A stretch of DNA of 64,000 bases from an uncultured Phycisphaerales bacterium (GTDB lineage Bacteria > Planctomycetota > Phycisphaerae > Tepidisphaerales > Tepidisphaeraceae): assembly GCA_963758525.1 (NCBI GenBank), contig CAVWVQ010000003.1:2432001-2496000 (forward strand), in the 5' to 3' direction. This document shows positions 20,433 to 29,804 of this stretch, one piece after another. The position numbers and the translations under genes are program-made. Every line of letters starts with the position of its first letter. Within the stretch, counting starts at the first letter, position 1. The notes below the pieces were generated by a model. It saw only the letters and a program-made list of their open reading frames with translations, made no database searches and was not told where the DNA came from.

Positions 20433-21107
20433 TCAGAGTTTGTTTTCTCCGTCTCGGGGCCTGCGAGCAGTTTCGTCGAGCGTTGCGCCGGACGTCGGCG
20501 AGCTCAGGCAATCCGGGGACGGGAGGAGCCCGGAATCGATCGTCTGCATCACGCGTGGCCCGAGGACTCGCGCCGGATTTCCCGCGGCGACGACGCCGGT
20601 GGGAATGTCGCTGACGACCACCGCGCGGGCGCCGATGACGCTGTTATCCGCGATGCTCACGCCCGGCCCGAGAAACGCCTGCGCCGCGATCCACACACCA
20701 TGGCCAATTCGCACCGGTTCGCGCACCAGCGGCAGTTCGACGCGCGTGTAATCGTGCGTGCCGGCGCAGACATACGTCTGCTGGCTCACGATCGAATGCC
20801 GACCGATAGAGAACTCGCCGAGGTTATATATCTGCACGTCGTCGCCCAGCATGCTGAAGTCGTCCATGCGGAGCAGCCAGGGGTGCCAGATGCGGACGGA
20901 TCGCCGCACGCAGGAATTGACGCCCATTTTCGCGCCAAACCGGCGAAGCAGGAATCGTCGCCACCGATAAGCGCGCGGAAGGCTGAAGCGGAAGAACGTG
21001 ATCTCAATCAGATACCAGAGCATCCGCCCGGCGTACTGCCCGCGCGTCCAAGGCCGACTCGCGGAGCGGTCCAACCGCTGGAAGACATGCGGCGGCGTTG
21101 AGTTCAT
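20433..21107 (-). CDS. WcaF-like hexapeptide-repeat acetyltransferase
   Basis: RRFLLRRFGAKMG, IWHPWLL, CAGTHDY, VVAAGNPA. Confidence 0.85.
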   Translation of the reverse strand: MNSTPPHVFQRLDRSASRPWTRGQYAGRMLWYLIEITFFRFSLPRAYRWRRFLLRRFGAKMGVNSCVRRSVRIWHPWLLRMDDFSMLGDDVQIYNLGEFSIGRHSIVSQQTYVCAGTHDYTRVELPLVREPVRIGHGVWIAAQAFLGPGVSIADNSVIGARAVVVSDIPTGVVAAGNPARVLGPRVMQTIDSGLLPSPDCLSSPTSGATLDETARRPRDGENKL

Positions 21108-21261
21108 CGCGGTCTGCTCCAGGAATTGCTCCGGCGCGAAGTATATGGGGGCCGGTGTCACGGCAAAAGGAGCGGCCCTTGCCACCCGTCGAGCAGCTCG
21201 CGCGGCGAATGACATGATGGTGCAATGTGTCACCAACCCGCAAAACGGTATAAATGGAATT

Positions 21262-22230
21262 ATGTCATTGCCGGTCGCAGAGCCGACATCCCCTTCTCGC
21301 GTCACCGGGCGCGGCAGCGCCGCGGATTATCTGCGATTGACCCGCCCCACCGACTGGCTGAAGAATCTGCTGGTGCTCACGGCCCTGGTGTTCGGAAGCC
21401 GGCTGACGCTCTGGACCGATTTTCGCGCGGCTGCCGCGGCATCGCTGGCTTTCACTCTGCTTGCCGCCGGGTTTTACGCGATCAACGACGCGCTCGACCG
21501 CTTCAGCGATCGAGCCCACCCGCTCAAAAAGCACAGACCCGTCGCCGCGGGCGAGATCGCGTCAACGCGTGCGGTTTTATTTGGCGCCGGACTCATTTGC
21601 GCGGGACTGGCCGCTGGGTTTTTGCTTTCCGGCAAAGTCGGACTGGTCCTGATTCTCTACGCCCTGCTGCAGGCGATTTACAACGCCGGAATTAAACGCG
21701 TCCCCTTCTACGACGTTGCCGCACTTGCCGTCGGATTTGTCCTGCGCGCCGCGGCCGGCGCGGCGGCAATTCATACGCACATCAGCGTCTGGTTCATGTT
21801 GGGCGTCTATTTCCTTTGCCTGTATCTGGGTTTCATCAAGCGCATGGCCGACCTGACCACGGCAATGAACAACGGCGCCGTCAACTGGCACTCGCCCGCC
21901 GGCTACGACGACCTGACCGAATTGAACTGGAACGCCGCCGTCAGCGGGGCCCTGGCGGTTGGAACATATCTGTCCTATACGCTTTCCAACCACGCCCAGG
22001 TGATTTTTGGTTACAAGGCGCTGCTCTTTGCGCTGCTTTCCCCGCTGGTCATCCTGGCGATGCAGCGGCTGTATCGCCGTGCCCGTCAGGGCTGTTCGGA
22101 CCGGCCGCTTGATGCGTTCACGCAGGATGCAGGCTTTCGGATGTCGGTGCTGCTGTTCGTTGCGATAACGATTCTCATGTTGTACGAATCGCACGCGGGG
22201 CCGTGGCTTAGCAAATATCTGCTCAAATGA
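21262..22230 (+). CDS. UbiA-family prenyltransferase (decaprenyl-phosphate phosphoribosyltransferase-like)
   Basis: RPTDWLKNLLV, YAINDALDRFSDRAHPLKKHRPVAAG, GFVLRA. Confidence 0.85.
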   Translation: MSLPVAEPTSPSRVTGRGSAADYLRLTRPTDWLKNLLVLTALVFGSRLTLWTDFRAAAAASLAFTLLAAGFYAINDALDRFSDRAHPLKKHRPVAAGEIASTRAVLFGAGLICAGLAAGFLLSGKVGLVLILYALLQAIYNAGIKRVPFYDVAALAVGFVLRAAAGAAAIHTHISVWFMLGVYFLCLYLGFIKRMADLTTAMNNGAVNWHSPAGYDDLTELNWNAAVSGALAVGTYLSYTLSNHAQVIFGYKALLFALLSPLVILAMQRLYRRARQGCSDRPLDAFTQDAGFRMSVLLFVAITILMLYESHAGPWLSKYLLK

Positions 22231-22296
22231 TTGCGTTACCGCGCTACGTGTGATCCTGCGGCGATACAAGTTCAGGGTATAGGGACGAGTTGCATC

Positions 22297-22353
22297 GCGG
22301 TGCAGGCTTCCAGCCTGCTTTTGCAACACCGGCAGGCTGGAAGGCCGCACCAC
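22297..22353. repeat. REP-like doublet, family E
   Basis: GGTGCAGGCTTCCAGCCTGC...GCAGGCTGGAAGGCCGCACC; copy at 49391-49450. Confidence 0.8.
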
Positions 22354-22440
22354 AAAGGGAACTCGCGATCACCCAGCGTGTGATTCGGATTCCGCGCTCC
22401 GTGATTTCGCCAATCGGATTGGGTTGGTTACGATCCTCTC

Positions 22441-22989
22441 ATGTCCGACAGCGCCTCCATCTATGCCCCCTGGCGGATGAGTTACATCCGCTCTCTCTCC
22501 AAGCCTGGGGGCGCGAGTTGTTTTCTTTGCGATGCGGTGGCCGCGACCAGCGACGCCGAGCGCCGCGATCGGCTGGTGCTCTGGACATCCGCTCACACCA
22601 TCGTGCTGCTCAACCGCTATCCCTACACCAATGGCCATCTGCTGGTCGCGCCGTGCGCGCACAAATCCGATCTGGAAGCCCTTAGCTCTGAAGAGCAGCT
22701 CGACCTGACGCAGCAAACCGCCAGCGCCGTCGCGCTGCTCAAGCAGGCGGTCAGCGCTCAGGGATTCAACATCGGCATCAACATCGGCCGTTGCGCCGGC
22801 GCCGGACTTCCGGACCATCTGCACCAGCACGTCGTTCCCCGCTGGGCCGGGGATGTGAATTTCATGCACGTTGTCGGAGAAGTGAGCGTCATCCCCGAAG
22901 CGATGTCGCAGTTGCACGCGGAGTTGCTTCGGGTATGGGAAGCTACGGTTCGGAGTCCGAATGTCGAGGCTCCGTCATTGGGGCTTTGA
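22441..22989 (+). CDS. HIT-family hydrolase (FHIT/Ap4A phosphorylase-like)
   Basis: YAPWRMSYI, CFLC, LNRYPYTNGHLLV, HLHQHVVPRW. Confidence 0.9.
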   Translation: MSDSASIYAPWRMSYIRSLSKPGGASCFLCDAVAATSDAERRDRLVLWTSAHTIVLLNRYPYTNGHLLVAPCAHKSDLEALSSEEQLDLTQQTASAVALLKQAVSAQGFNIGINIGRCAGAGLPDHLHQHVVPRWAGDVNFMHVVGEVSVIPEAMSQLHAELLRVWEATVRSPNVEAPSLGL

Positions 22990-23020
22990 AAACCATTACT
23001 GTCGCAACTCTCAGCAGTTG

Positions 23021-23160
23021 GGTGTAACTTTTATTTGTGGCGATTGCAGATTTTGCGATCGTAGGGCGGGATTCATCCCGCCGTTTTCTCAGCCGGCCAA
23101 CAAATCGGCGGGATGAATCCCGCCCTACTCGGAGCCGATCGCCACTTTCGAGCGCCACAC
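23021..23160 (-). repeat. ~140-bp dispersed element containing a GTAG-footed REP doublet, family F (23061-23128)
   Basis: GTAGGGCGGGATTCATCCCGCC...GGCGGGATGAATCCCGCCCTAC; the whole unit including flanks matches 49767-49903 in the opposite orientation. Confidence 0.85.
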
Positions 23161-23215
23161 CCCAGCAGTTCCCTTCTTTTGCGTTTTTGCCCTTACGCCC
23201 GTAATTTAACTGCCA

Positions 23216-23488
23216 ATGCAAGATTCCATCCGCAACAGTCTCCAGCCCGGCGCCCGCGTGCGGGTGACCCAGCAGATCGCGGCCCGCGACTACGCGTGGA
23301 GCAATGAAACGACCGGTGCCGTGGTTTCTTACGAGCAGAAGCCAACCGGCAGTTGGTACGCCCACGGGAAAGATGACAAGCTCTGGCTCGATCGCCTGAC
23401 CGTCCGCAAGCTGGACGGCGAGCTGACGACGCTGAATCTCGATGAATTCAGTAAGATCGAGATCCTGCCTGCAAAAACGGGCGCTTGA
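23216..23488 (+). CDS. Hypothetical protein (small beta-rich domain)
   Basis: 90-aa ORF, TGSWYAHGKDDKLWLDRL; co-oriented with neighbours. Confidence 0.7.
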   Translation: MQDSIRNSLQPGARVRVTQQIAARDYAWSNETTGAVVSYEQKPTGSWYAHGKDDKLWLDRLTVRKLDGELTTLNLDEFSKIEILPAKTGA

Positions 23489-23491
23489 TCC

Positions 23492-23797
23492 ATGGCAGGG
23501 CGCGATTACATCGCCGCGATCAATGATCATGGATTCCACGTCGAACGGGGTGTTTTGAACGTCCGCCAGATTGACGAGCTGATTGAGGTCATCGAACGAA
23601 GCGCTTCGTCGGACGAGCCCCATGCAATGCGCAACATGCGTCCGCTTCTATTGCACGCATCGTCTGCTGCCAGCGTCCCGTTGCATCGGCGTGTGATTCA
23701 TCTGGAGTTCGCCGCTGCCATGCTCCCGCTCGGCCTCGAATGGCACGAAAGCATTCCCTTGCCCCCCAATTCCCCCCGGATAGAGTATCCCGCCTGA
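23492..23797 (+). pseudogene. Internally deleted PhyH-like 2OG-Fe(II) dioxygenase remnant
   Basis: PhyH-like N-terminus (NDHGFHVERGVL) joined directly to a PhyH-like C-terminus (MRPLLLHASS...HRRVIHLEF); HxD core absent. Confidence 0.6.
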
Positions 23798-24360
23798 TGT
23801 CGAAACCGCAGAACGCATCGACGGGTCCAACGCTTTCGCCGACCGCGGTCGCCGCCGCCGGCTGGCTGCTGCCGGGGGCGGGATATTGGCTTGTCGGACA
23901 GCGCGGCCGGGCAATCACGGTGGGCGTCACCATCATCATCCTCTTCGTTGCCGGGCTGCTCATCGGCGGGGTACGCGCGCTGGAAGTGCCCGGCTATGGG
24001 ACGCACGGGCAGCGCATCAACGTCTCGATCTATCGCGACCGCCGAAATCGAATCGTCGAAACCAGCGGCGATGATCTCTCCGACGAAAATGGCATCTGGG
24101 TGATCCGCGCACATCCCCTCGACGAAATACGCAACAAGCCCTGGTCGATTGCGCAGGTGATGACCGGGCCAATCAGCATCGCGGCGGCGTACAGTTCCGT
24201 CGCCGCGTCAGCGCGTTCCGGGCCGGGCGGTGCGCCGCTGGGTGCCAAATCGCACGCCCGTGTCAATGAGATCGGCGTGCTTTACACGGCGGTGGCGGGG
24301 ATGCTGAATTTGCTGGCCATGATCGACGCGGCACATCGCGCCACGCAGGAGGCGCTGTGA
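23797..24360 (+). CDS. DUF6677-like membrane protein
   Basis: WLLPGAGYW...LFVAGLLIGG...IGVLYTAVAGMLNLLAMIDA. Confidence 0.7.
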   Translation: MSKPQNASTGPTLSPTAVAAAGWLLPGAGYWLVGQRGRAITVGVTIIILFVAGLLIGGVRALEVPGYGTHGQRINVSIYRDRRNRIVETSGDDLSDENGIWVIRAHPLDEIRNKPWSIAQVMTGPISIAAAYSSVAASARSGPGGAPLGAKSHARVNEIGVLYTAVAGMLNLLAMIDAAHRATQEAL

Positions 24361-24605
24361 TTGTTCTCGCGTGGATTCCATTTCTTCAGCCGCTCCCCTT
24401 CGCGTGGCACGACGGCGTCTGGCCGTTTCTAATGCTGCCGCTCTGCATTGCGGTGGCAGTGGTCTATAAATCGATCAAGTGCGAATTCATGTCGCAGGTT
24501 CCTCGCCAGGCCGCCGAGATCACGCTCTGGATTCTCTTTGGCATGGGCAGCGCCGCCGTCGCCCTCGCCGGCATCGTCAAGAGCGTCGAGATGTGGCGCA
24601 GCTGA
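24357..24605 (+). CDS. Small hypothetical membrane protein
   Basis: PFLQPLP, LPLCIAVAVVYKSIK; GTGA overlap with the upstream gene. Confidence 0.7.
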   Translation: MIVLAWIPFLQPLPFAWHDGVWPFLMLPLCIAVAVVYKSIKCEFMSQVPRQAAEITLWILFGMGSAAVALAGIVKSVEMWRS

Positions 24606-24613
24606 ACTAGATC

Positions 24614-24643
24614 TGAACCCTGACGCCCTGAACCCTGACCCCT
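24614..24643 (+). repeat. Heptamer-like tandem repeat CTGA(A/C)CC
   Basis: tgaaccctgacgccctgaaccctgacccct. Confidence 0.6.
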
Positions 24644-24684
24644 CGCTGGCTCTTTACCGGCTCTTTCCGTACTAATACTCCGGC

Positions 24685-25248
24685 ATGAATCTTGTGCTGC
24701 TCGGCGGACTGATCGGCGGATCTCTTTTTTTGATGTGGCTGGAGCGGCGCGGACTGCGCACGACACTGGCGCTGAATTTCAAGGGCGACGTCAAACGCGA
24801 GAGCCGCTGGGCGGCGCAGTACGGCCAGGCCGCGTGCACGGCGGTGGCCGTGGTGCTGATCTGGCAGCTCGATCCTCCCCGGCGTCCAGCCGCGCTGGCG
24901 CTGATCGCCGCAAGCGCGGCGACATCGATCCTTTCGATGATCGTGAAGCGATTGCTCGGCCGCGTGCGACCGGGCCGTCCCGAGGCCGGCCGGTTTCTGG
25001 GACCATCGTGGCGTCACGCGAATTTTCGCGAGAGCTTTCCATCCAGTCACAGCGCCAACGCAGTGACGCTCACGGTCTTTCTCGCGTTTTTGTATCCGCC
25101 GGCGGCTATGGTCTTCTGGGCCCTGGCGCTGCTCTGCGCGACCTTGCGATACTTGCTCGATGCCCACTGGCCCAGCGACGTGCTTGGGGGCATTGCCCTC
25201 GGGTATGCCGTGACGTATGAAACGATCCTGCTGTTGAAAGTGCATTGA
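24685..25248 (+). CDS. PAP2-family phosphatase
   Basis: KRLLGRVRP, SFPSSHS, RYLLDAHWPSDVLGG. Confidence 0.9.
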   Translation: MNLVLLGGLIGGSLFLMWLERRGLRTTLALNFKGDVKRESRWAAQYGQAACTAVAVVLIWQLDPPRRPAALALIAASAATSILSMIVKRLLGRVRPGRPEAGRFLGPSWRHANFRESFPSSHSANAVTLTVFLAFLYPPAAMVFWALALLCATLRYLLDAHWPSDVLGGIALGYAVTYETILLLKVH

Positions 25249-25892
25249 TGTCGCTCAATTGGGACATCGCGCAGGTCGCCGACCGGCTCGGCGAAGCGCT
25301 GGCCGCCGCCGAGAGCGAGCTGCGCCTCGAGCAGGCGGTTTACGGACTGGACACGCGCGACGAACGCTCGCTGCAGACCCTTCTGGCCGAACGATTGTCC
25401 GCGCATTACAGCGTCGCGCGCGAAGTGCATTATCCGTCGAGCTTCGGAAAAAAACTGACGCATCGCATGCGCTGCGATCTGGTGCTCGCTCCGATTGGCA
25501 AACCGCTCCGGCTCGACACGACGCCGCCGACGCTCTTCGATCCTCCCGTGTTCTGCGAGCCCGGCGAGGCGCTCTGGCTGGAGGTCAAAGTCGCCTATCA
25601 ATATCGCGAGGGCAACGTCCGCCATACCGGATACGGCGCTCAGTGGCGCGCCGCGATCGTCGAAGACCTTCGCAAGATGGAGGCCGAACCCCACATTCAC
25701 GAGGCCGCGCTGGTGCTGATTGTCTTCAACGAATCCGACTCCGTGCTGGAGAAGGATCTCGAACTGTTTGAAGACATCCTCGTCAGGAAGGAGGTCCTCG
25801 CGGGATTCCGGCAGGTCCGCAAAGTGCCGCTTCTCGATCGCATCGGGCACAAGCTCTGCACGGTCTCCGTGTGGCCCACGATTCAAAGGTGA
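25248..25892 (+). CDS. Hypothetical protein with putative PD-(D/E)xK nuclease-like motif
   Basis: E...REVHYP...RCDLVL...WLEVK...DLRKM pattern; TGATG coupling to PAP2 gene. Confidence 0.55.
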   Translation: MSLNWDIAQVADRLGEALAAAESELRLEQAVYGLDTRDERSLQTLLAERLSAHYSVAREVHYPSSFGKKLTHRMRCDLVLAPIGKPLRLDTTPPTLFDPPVFCEPGEALWLEVKVAYQYREGNVRHTGYGAQWRAAIVEDLRKMEAEPHIHEAALVLIVFNESDSVLEKDLELFEDILVRKEVLAGFRQVRKVPLLDRIGHKLCTVSVWPTIQR

Positions 25893-25917
25893 TCCGGAGC
25901 AGTTATTACTTCCGCGG

Positions 25918-25972
25918 TTAGCCGCGACGCGCAGCGGAGCGCTTGCGGACTCGACAACTGCGTCGTGGCTAA
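25918..25972. repeat. Short palindrome related to family B (possible bidirectional terminator)
   Basis: TTAGCCGCGACGC...GCGTCGTGGCTAA between convergent genes. Confidence 0.55.
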
Positions 25973-25995
25973 GCAAAAACATTAGTCGCGCACGG

Positions 25996-26687
25996 TCATT
26001 TGGGCCTTTCCCCCTGCGACTGCGGCGTCCCTTGATCCAGCATCTCCATGCGCTCCAGATACGGAACCGACCGCATAGTTCCCACCGCCTGCAGGCGATG
26101 AATCACGTCGGAAACTTCCTTCGTCCAGCTTTGAACGTCGCGCAGCTCGGAAATGATCTGCCCGGCGTTCGCCGGCGGATTGCGAATCAGATCTTCCAGC
26201 GTGACCATCACCGCCTGCATCGGCTGACTGAGCTGATGACAGGCTTCTCCCAATGCCTGAATCAGCACGCGTTGCCGATCGGCTTCGGTCAGCAGGCGGA
26301 CGCTGCGCTGAATGCGCAGGGCCACGCCGATGCGCCAAGCAACACCGGAAAGATGATCGGTTTGACCACATAATCGTTGGCGCCGGCGTCGAGGCCGCGC
26401 ACGATGTCGTCGGACTCGCCCAGGGCCGTGACGAGAATGACGGGCAGCGTATCGTGCGTAAAGCGCTTGCGGATTTCCCGGACAACTTCCATGCCGGACG
26501 CCCCCGGCATCTGAATATCCAGCAGGGCCAGGTCGGGGGCTTGTTTTTCGAGGGCGGCAAGACACGACCTGCCGTCAGCAACCGCCTCGACGGCAAACCC
26601 GCTTTTGGCGAGCCGGCGCACCAGCATATCGCGGCTGAGCTCCTCGTCTTCGGCTACCAGAATTCGCGGGGGCTCGCTCATCACCAT
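25996..26687 (-). CDS. Response regulator with C-terminal HisKA-like helical hairpin (frameshift near 26335)
   Basis: REC: LVAEDE, LLDIQMP, VTA, DYVVKP; second frame ACHQLSQPMQAV. Confidence 0.75.
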
Positions 26688-26707
26688 GGAGTGCACGTGC
26701 CGGCAAT

Positions 26708-27636
26708 TCAATTACTCAGTCGGCGCCCGCAAAGCCCCTCAAGCACCTTCAGCGGAGAACTCTGAGGCGTCACCATCGCCTCGATCGGCACGATAAACGT
26801 CTGCTCCAGCGCAAACTGGCCCGACATCACCGCGTGCGGCACGGTGTCAGTATAGACCAGCCATGTCGAAAATGGAGGAAACTCGATTCGCTGCCTCTCC
26901 CAGTTCTTTTGAAAATCGTCGTTCTCTTTCAGATAGTCATGGAAGTGCAGCATGAACTTGTCGTAAGGAGACCGATCGGGAACGCCGACGATTTTGAGCA
27001 GTGGTGACAAGCCGCGCCGCAGCGGGCGCAACGGGGAGGCGGCCTGTTTCGCGAAGCGGTCCAGGCCCGCCTGGGCGCGAGGCGCTGGGCGATCTTCTCG
27101 AATGGACCGATGACTTCCCAGATGCGCGGCACCGTTGGATTGATATTGGTGAACACGCGCAGGATGCGCGCTCCATTCGTCGGGCGGGTTGGAAACGCAT
27201 CGACATGGGCCAGATCGTTACGCTTGTGCAATGGAAGATCGCGCCCCTGCTCCTCCACGGGACGAAAACTGGCGTAATCCAGCTTCCACTTGTCGGCGTA
27301 AGGCTTCAGAAAGCCGCGCAGAAACTCGGTGACGGTGCGCGAGTAATTGCGCATGAGTTCCTGCAGCCGGGCGGTTTCGGCCGGGTCGTCACCAGACGCG
27401 CCGCGCAGCACGTCCGGCACCGGCCGGTAGGAAACGTTCTTGTGATGGCGGAACCCGCTCTGCTTTTGCGAGAGAAGAAACTGCCGATCGTCCTCGGGAA
27501 AACTAAAGGGGATATTGGGAAAGTAAAGAATCTGCCCTTGCTCCAGCCGGCTGCAATATTCGCGGGCCTGGACATTGGGGTCTGCGGCGATCCATCCAGC
27601 GGGATATGAATAGTCGGAAATTTCCGTCCATGTCAT
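26708..27636 (-). CDS. Kdo hydroxylase (KdoO-like) (frameshift near 27070)
   Basis: KNVSY, HVDAFPTRPTNGARILRVFTNINP, RSPYDKFMLHFHDYLK, VPHAVMSGQFALEQT; AGGAGG RBS. Confidence 0.85.
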
Positions 27637-27761
27637 GCAGGCAACCTCCTCATGAGAGAGATTGTCTGATGGAAGAGTCCTGTTGCCAATATTCAGGATA
27701 GACATTGCCGCCGTGACTTCCGAATTTCATTAGTCGCGTTCGTTGCGAGCAGCGACATCCT

Positions 27762-29780
27762 GTGTCGACTCGCGTATTTTGGAATGCGCGTATCTGGAAT
27801 GCCTTCATTCGGGCGGCTTGGGGCGATATAGTCACTGAAGTGACGCGAGGATCCAGAATTGCGGTTTTGTCGGCGTTTACCGCCGTCGCATTTTTGGCAT
27901 CTCTGGGACATCGCGATATCGCAACCAGCCACGAAGCCCGCGTGGCCCAGACTGCGCGCGAAATGGCCGTCACGGGTTGGCCCTTGTCGGCGCGGAAGGT
28001 GAACGCCCCGCCGGTCGCGCTGACCAGCATTCGTGGCATGGTCCGGCTCACGCCCGATCTTCTGGCGGAGCCGATCGCGGTCAATAGCTGGGCTGTCCCC
28101 CTTCTCAACGGCGAAATCCGCCTGCAAAAGCCGCCGCTTCCCTACTGGTGCGCGGCGATTCTCTTTCGGCTGTTTGGTTTCAGCGAAGCCGCCGCCCGTT
28201 TTACTCCAGCACTGATGGGCTCACTGGCGACGATCTTTGTATACGACCTGACTCGCATGCTGCTGGGCCGCTGGAAGGCGAGACTTGCCGCGCTCGTCTG
28301 GATCACCACTCTTTTCATCCCTGAAGAATTTCGCAAGGCGATGGCAGATCCGTATCTGGCGTTCTTCACGCTCGTCTGCATCTGGGCATGGATTAAGGCC
28401 GCCAAGATCGCGCGCGACGGGCGCAGTGCGCAAAACGATCCCCGGTCGGCGCCTCTGTGCGTCGTCATCTTCTACGTATCTCTCGCTTTGGGAATCCTTG
28501 CGAAAGGGCCGCCGCTTTTTTTGCACATCGGCATCGCTCTCGCTGCGTTTCACTATTGTTATCGCTGGCCGTTGCCGCGCGGGTTGGGCGGCCATCTCAT
28601 CGGACTGACGGCTCTGGCGCTCATCGCCCTCCCCTGGCCGATCTACGTCATCCGGCACATCCCCCATGCCGTCGATCTGTGGCGCTATGAATCGGTTGGC
28701 GAGCTTTCGGATAACGTCGAGAATGCCCGCCCGCTATGGTTCTACGCGCCCAACGTCGTCTTCATCGCCCTCCCCTGGGCAGCAGCATGGATCGCCGGCT
28801 TCATCGTGCCGCTGCGGCGCGCCAGGAATTCGAGGGTGAGCCGCTCTTCCCCCCTTCCCTGGTACTCCGCGGGAGGGTCGGGGTCGGGGCCGGGGCCGAG
28901 ATTGGAAACAGCGCAGACGTCCAAGACCCAGCAGGACCAGGAGAGTGAAGGACCCGCTTCAGTGCTCAGTCTCCAAGGATTTCCGCTACGTGCCTCTACC
29001 CGAGGCCGGCGGCTTTTCCCGATGATCTGGTTTGCCGCCACCGTCATCTTTTTTTCCTTAGTGCATCTCAAGAAGAATCCCTATCTCCTCCCCGCCGCTC
29101 CCGCGCAAACGCTGCTGATCGTTGAAGGGCTTGCCGCCGCGCTTGCGGTCGCCCGGCGTGCGCGCGGCTGGACCTGGGGCGGCGGAATTCTCGCCGCCCA
29201 GACCGCGATCGGAATCGCCGGATGCATCTTCGTTCTCATCGCCCTGCGCGTCGCTGCGCCACCGGCCTATCGCCATTTTGCAATGACGATCTGTGCCTTG
29301 GCCGTCTGTTGCTGGACGATCGTCGTTCTTCAATTACGAAACCCGATGGCGTGGGTCTGGTGGCAGGCAAGCGGGTATCTGCTTCTCATTCTGGGCGTGA
29401 TGCTGACGCTGGAGACAAGAATCGACAACGCCCGCTCCGCCAAGTCGCTTTGCGCCGAGTTGGCACTGCACGCCGAGGCCCCCGACACCGCCATCTTGCG
29501 AGCGCGATTGCCCGAAGAAGTCGCTGTCTATCTGCCGCTCAAGGAAGAGCCAGCCCTGGCACGGCACGTCCTGGTGGTCGTGGATGATCAGTTTGCGGCG
29601 CGCGAGCGTGTCAAAACGCATGTCCCACCGCCGATTCCGTCTCCCGAACATTTCGATAGCAGCTTTCCCGACGGCCGCGTTCTTTTTGTCGATCGCATCC
29701 CGATGAAGACTGCCCCCGGCGACGCGCGATGGAAGGTCTACGATCTGACCGTCGAGCGGTTGCGTTACGCAGCGAGATGA
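27762..29780 (+). CDS. ArnT/GT39-family membrane glycosyltransferase (start may be ~27840)
   Basis: HEARVAQTAREM, RLQKPPLPYW, LAKGP and multiple TM helices; repeat-derived insert at 28827-29007. Confidence 0.85.
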   Translation: MSTRVFWNARIWNAFIRAAWGDIVTEVTRGSRIAVLSAFTAVAFLASLGHRDIATSHEARVAQTAREMAVTGWPLSARKVNAPPVALTSIRGMVRLTPDLLAEPIAVNSWAVPLLNGEIRLQKPPLPYWCAAILFRLFGFSEAAARFTPALMGSLATIFVYDLTRMLLGRWKARLAALVWITTLFIPEEFRKAMADPYLAFFTLVCIWAWIKAAKIARDGRSAQNDPRSAPLCVVIFYVSLALGILAKGPPLFLHIGIALAAFHYCYRWPLPRGLGGHLIGLTALALIALPWPIYVIRHIPHAVDLWRYESVGELSDNVENARPLWFYAPNVVFIALPWAAAWIAGFIVPLRRARNSRVSRSSPLPWYSAGGSGSGPGPRLETAQTSKTQQDQESEGPASVLSLQGFPLRASTRGRRLFPMIWFAATVIFFSLVHLKKNPYLLPAAPAQTLLIVEGLAAALAVARRARGWTWGGGILAAQTAIGIAGCIFVLIALRVAAPPAYRHFAMTICALAVCCWTIVVLQLRNPMAWVWWQASGYLLLILGVMLTLETRIDNARSAKSLCAELALHAEAPDTAILRARLPEEVAVYLPLKEEPALARHVLVVVDDQFAARERVKTHVPPPIPSPEHFDSSFPDGRVLFVDRIPMKTAPGDARWKVYDLTVERLRYAAR

Positions 29781-29804
29781 ATCTGCAAAACGGACGGACC
29801 GGCT

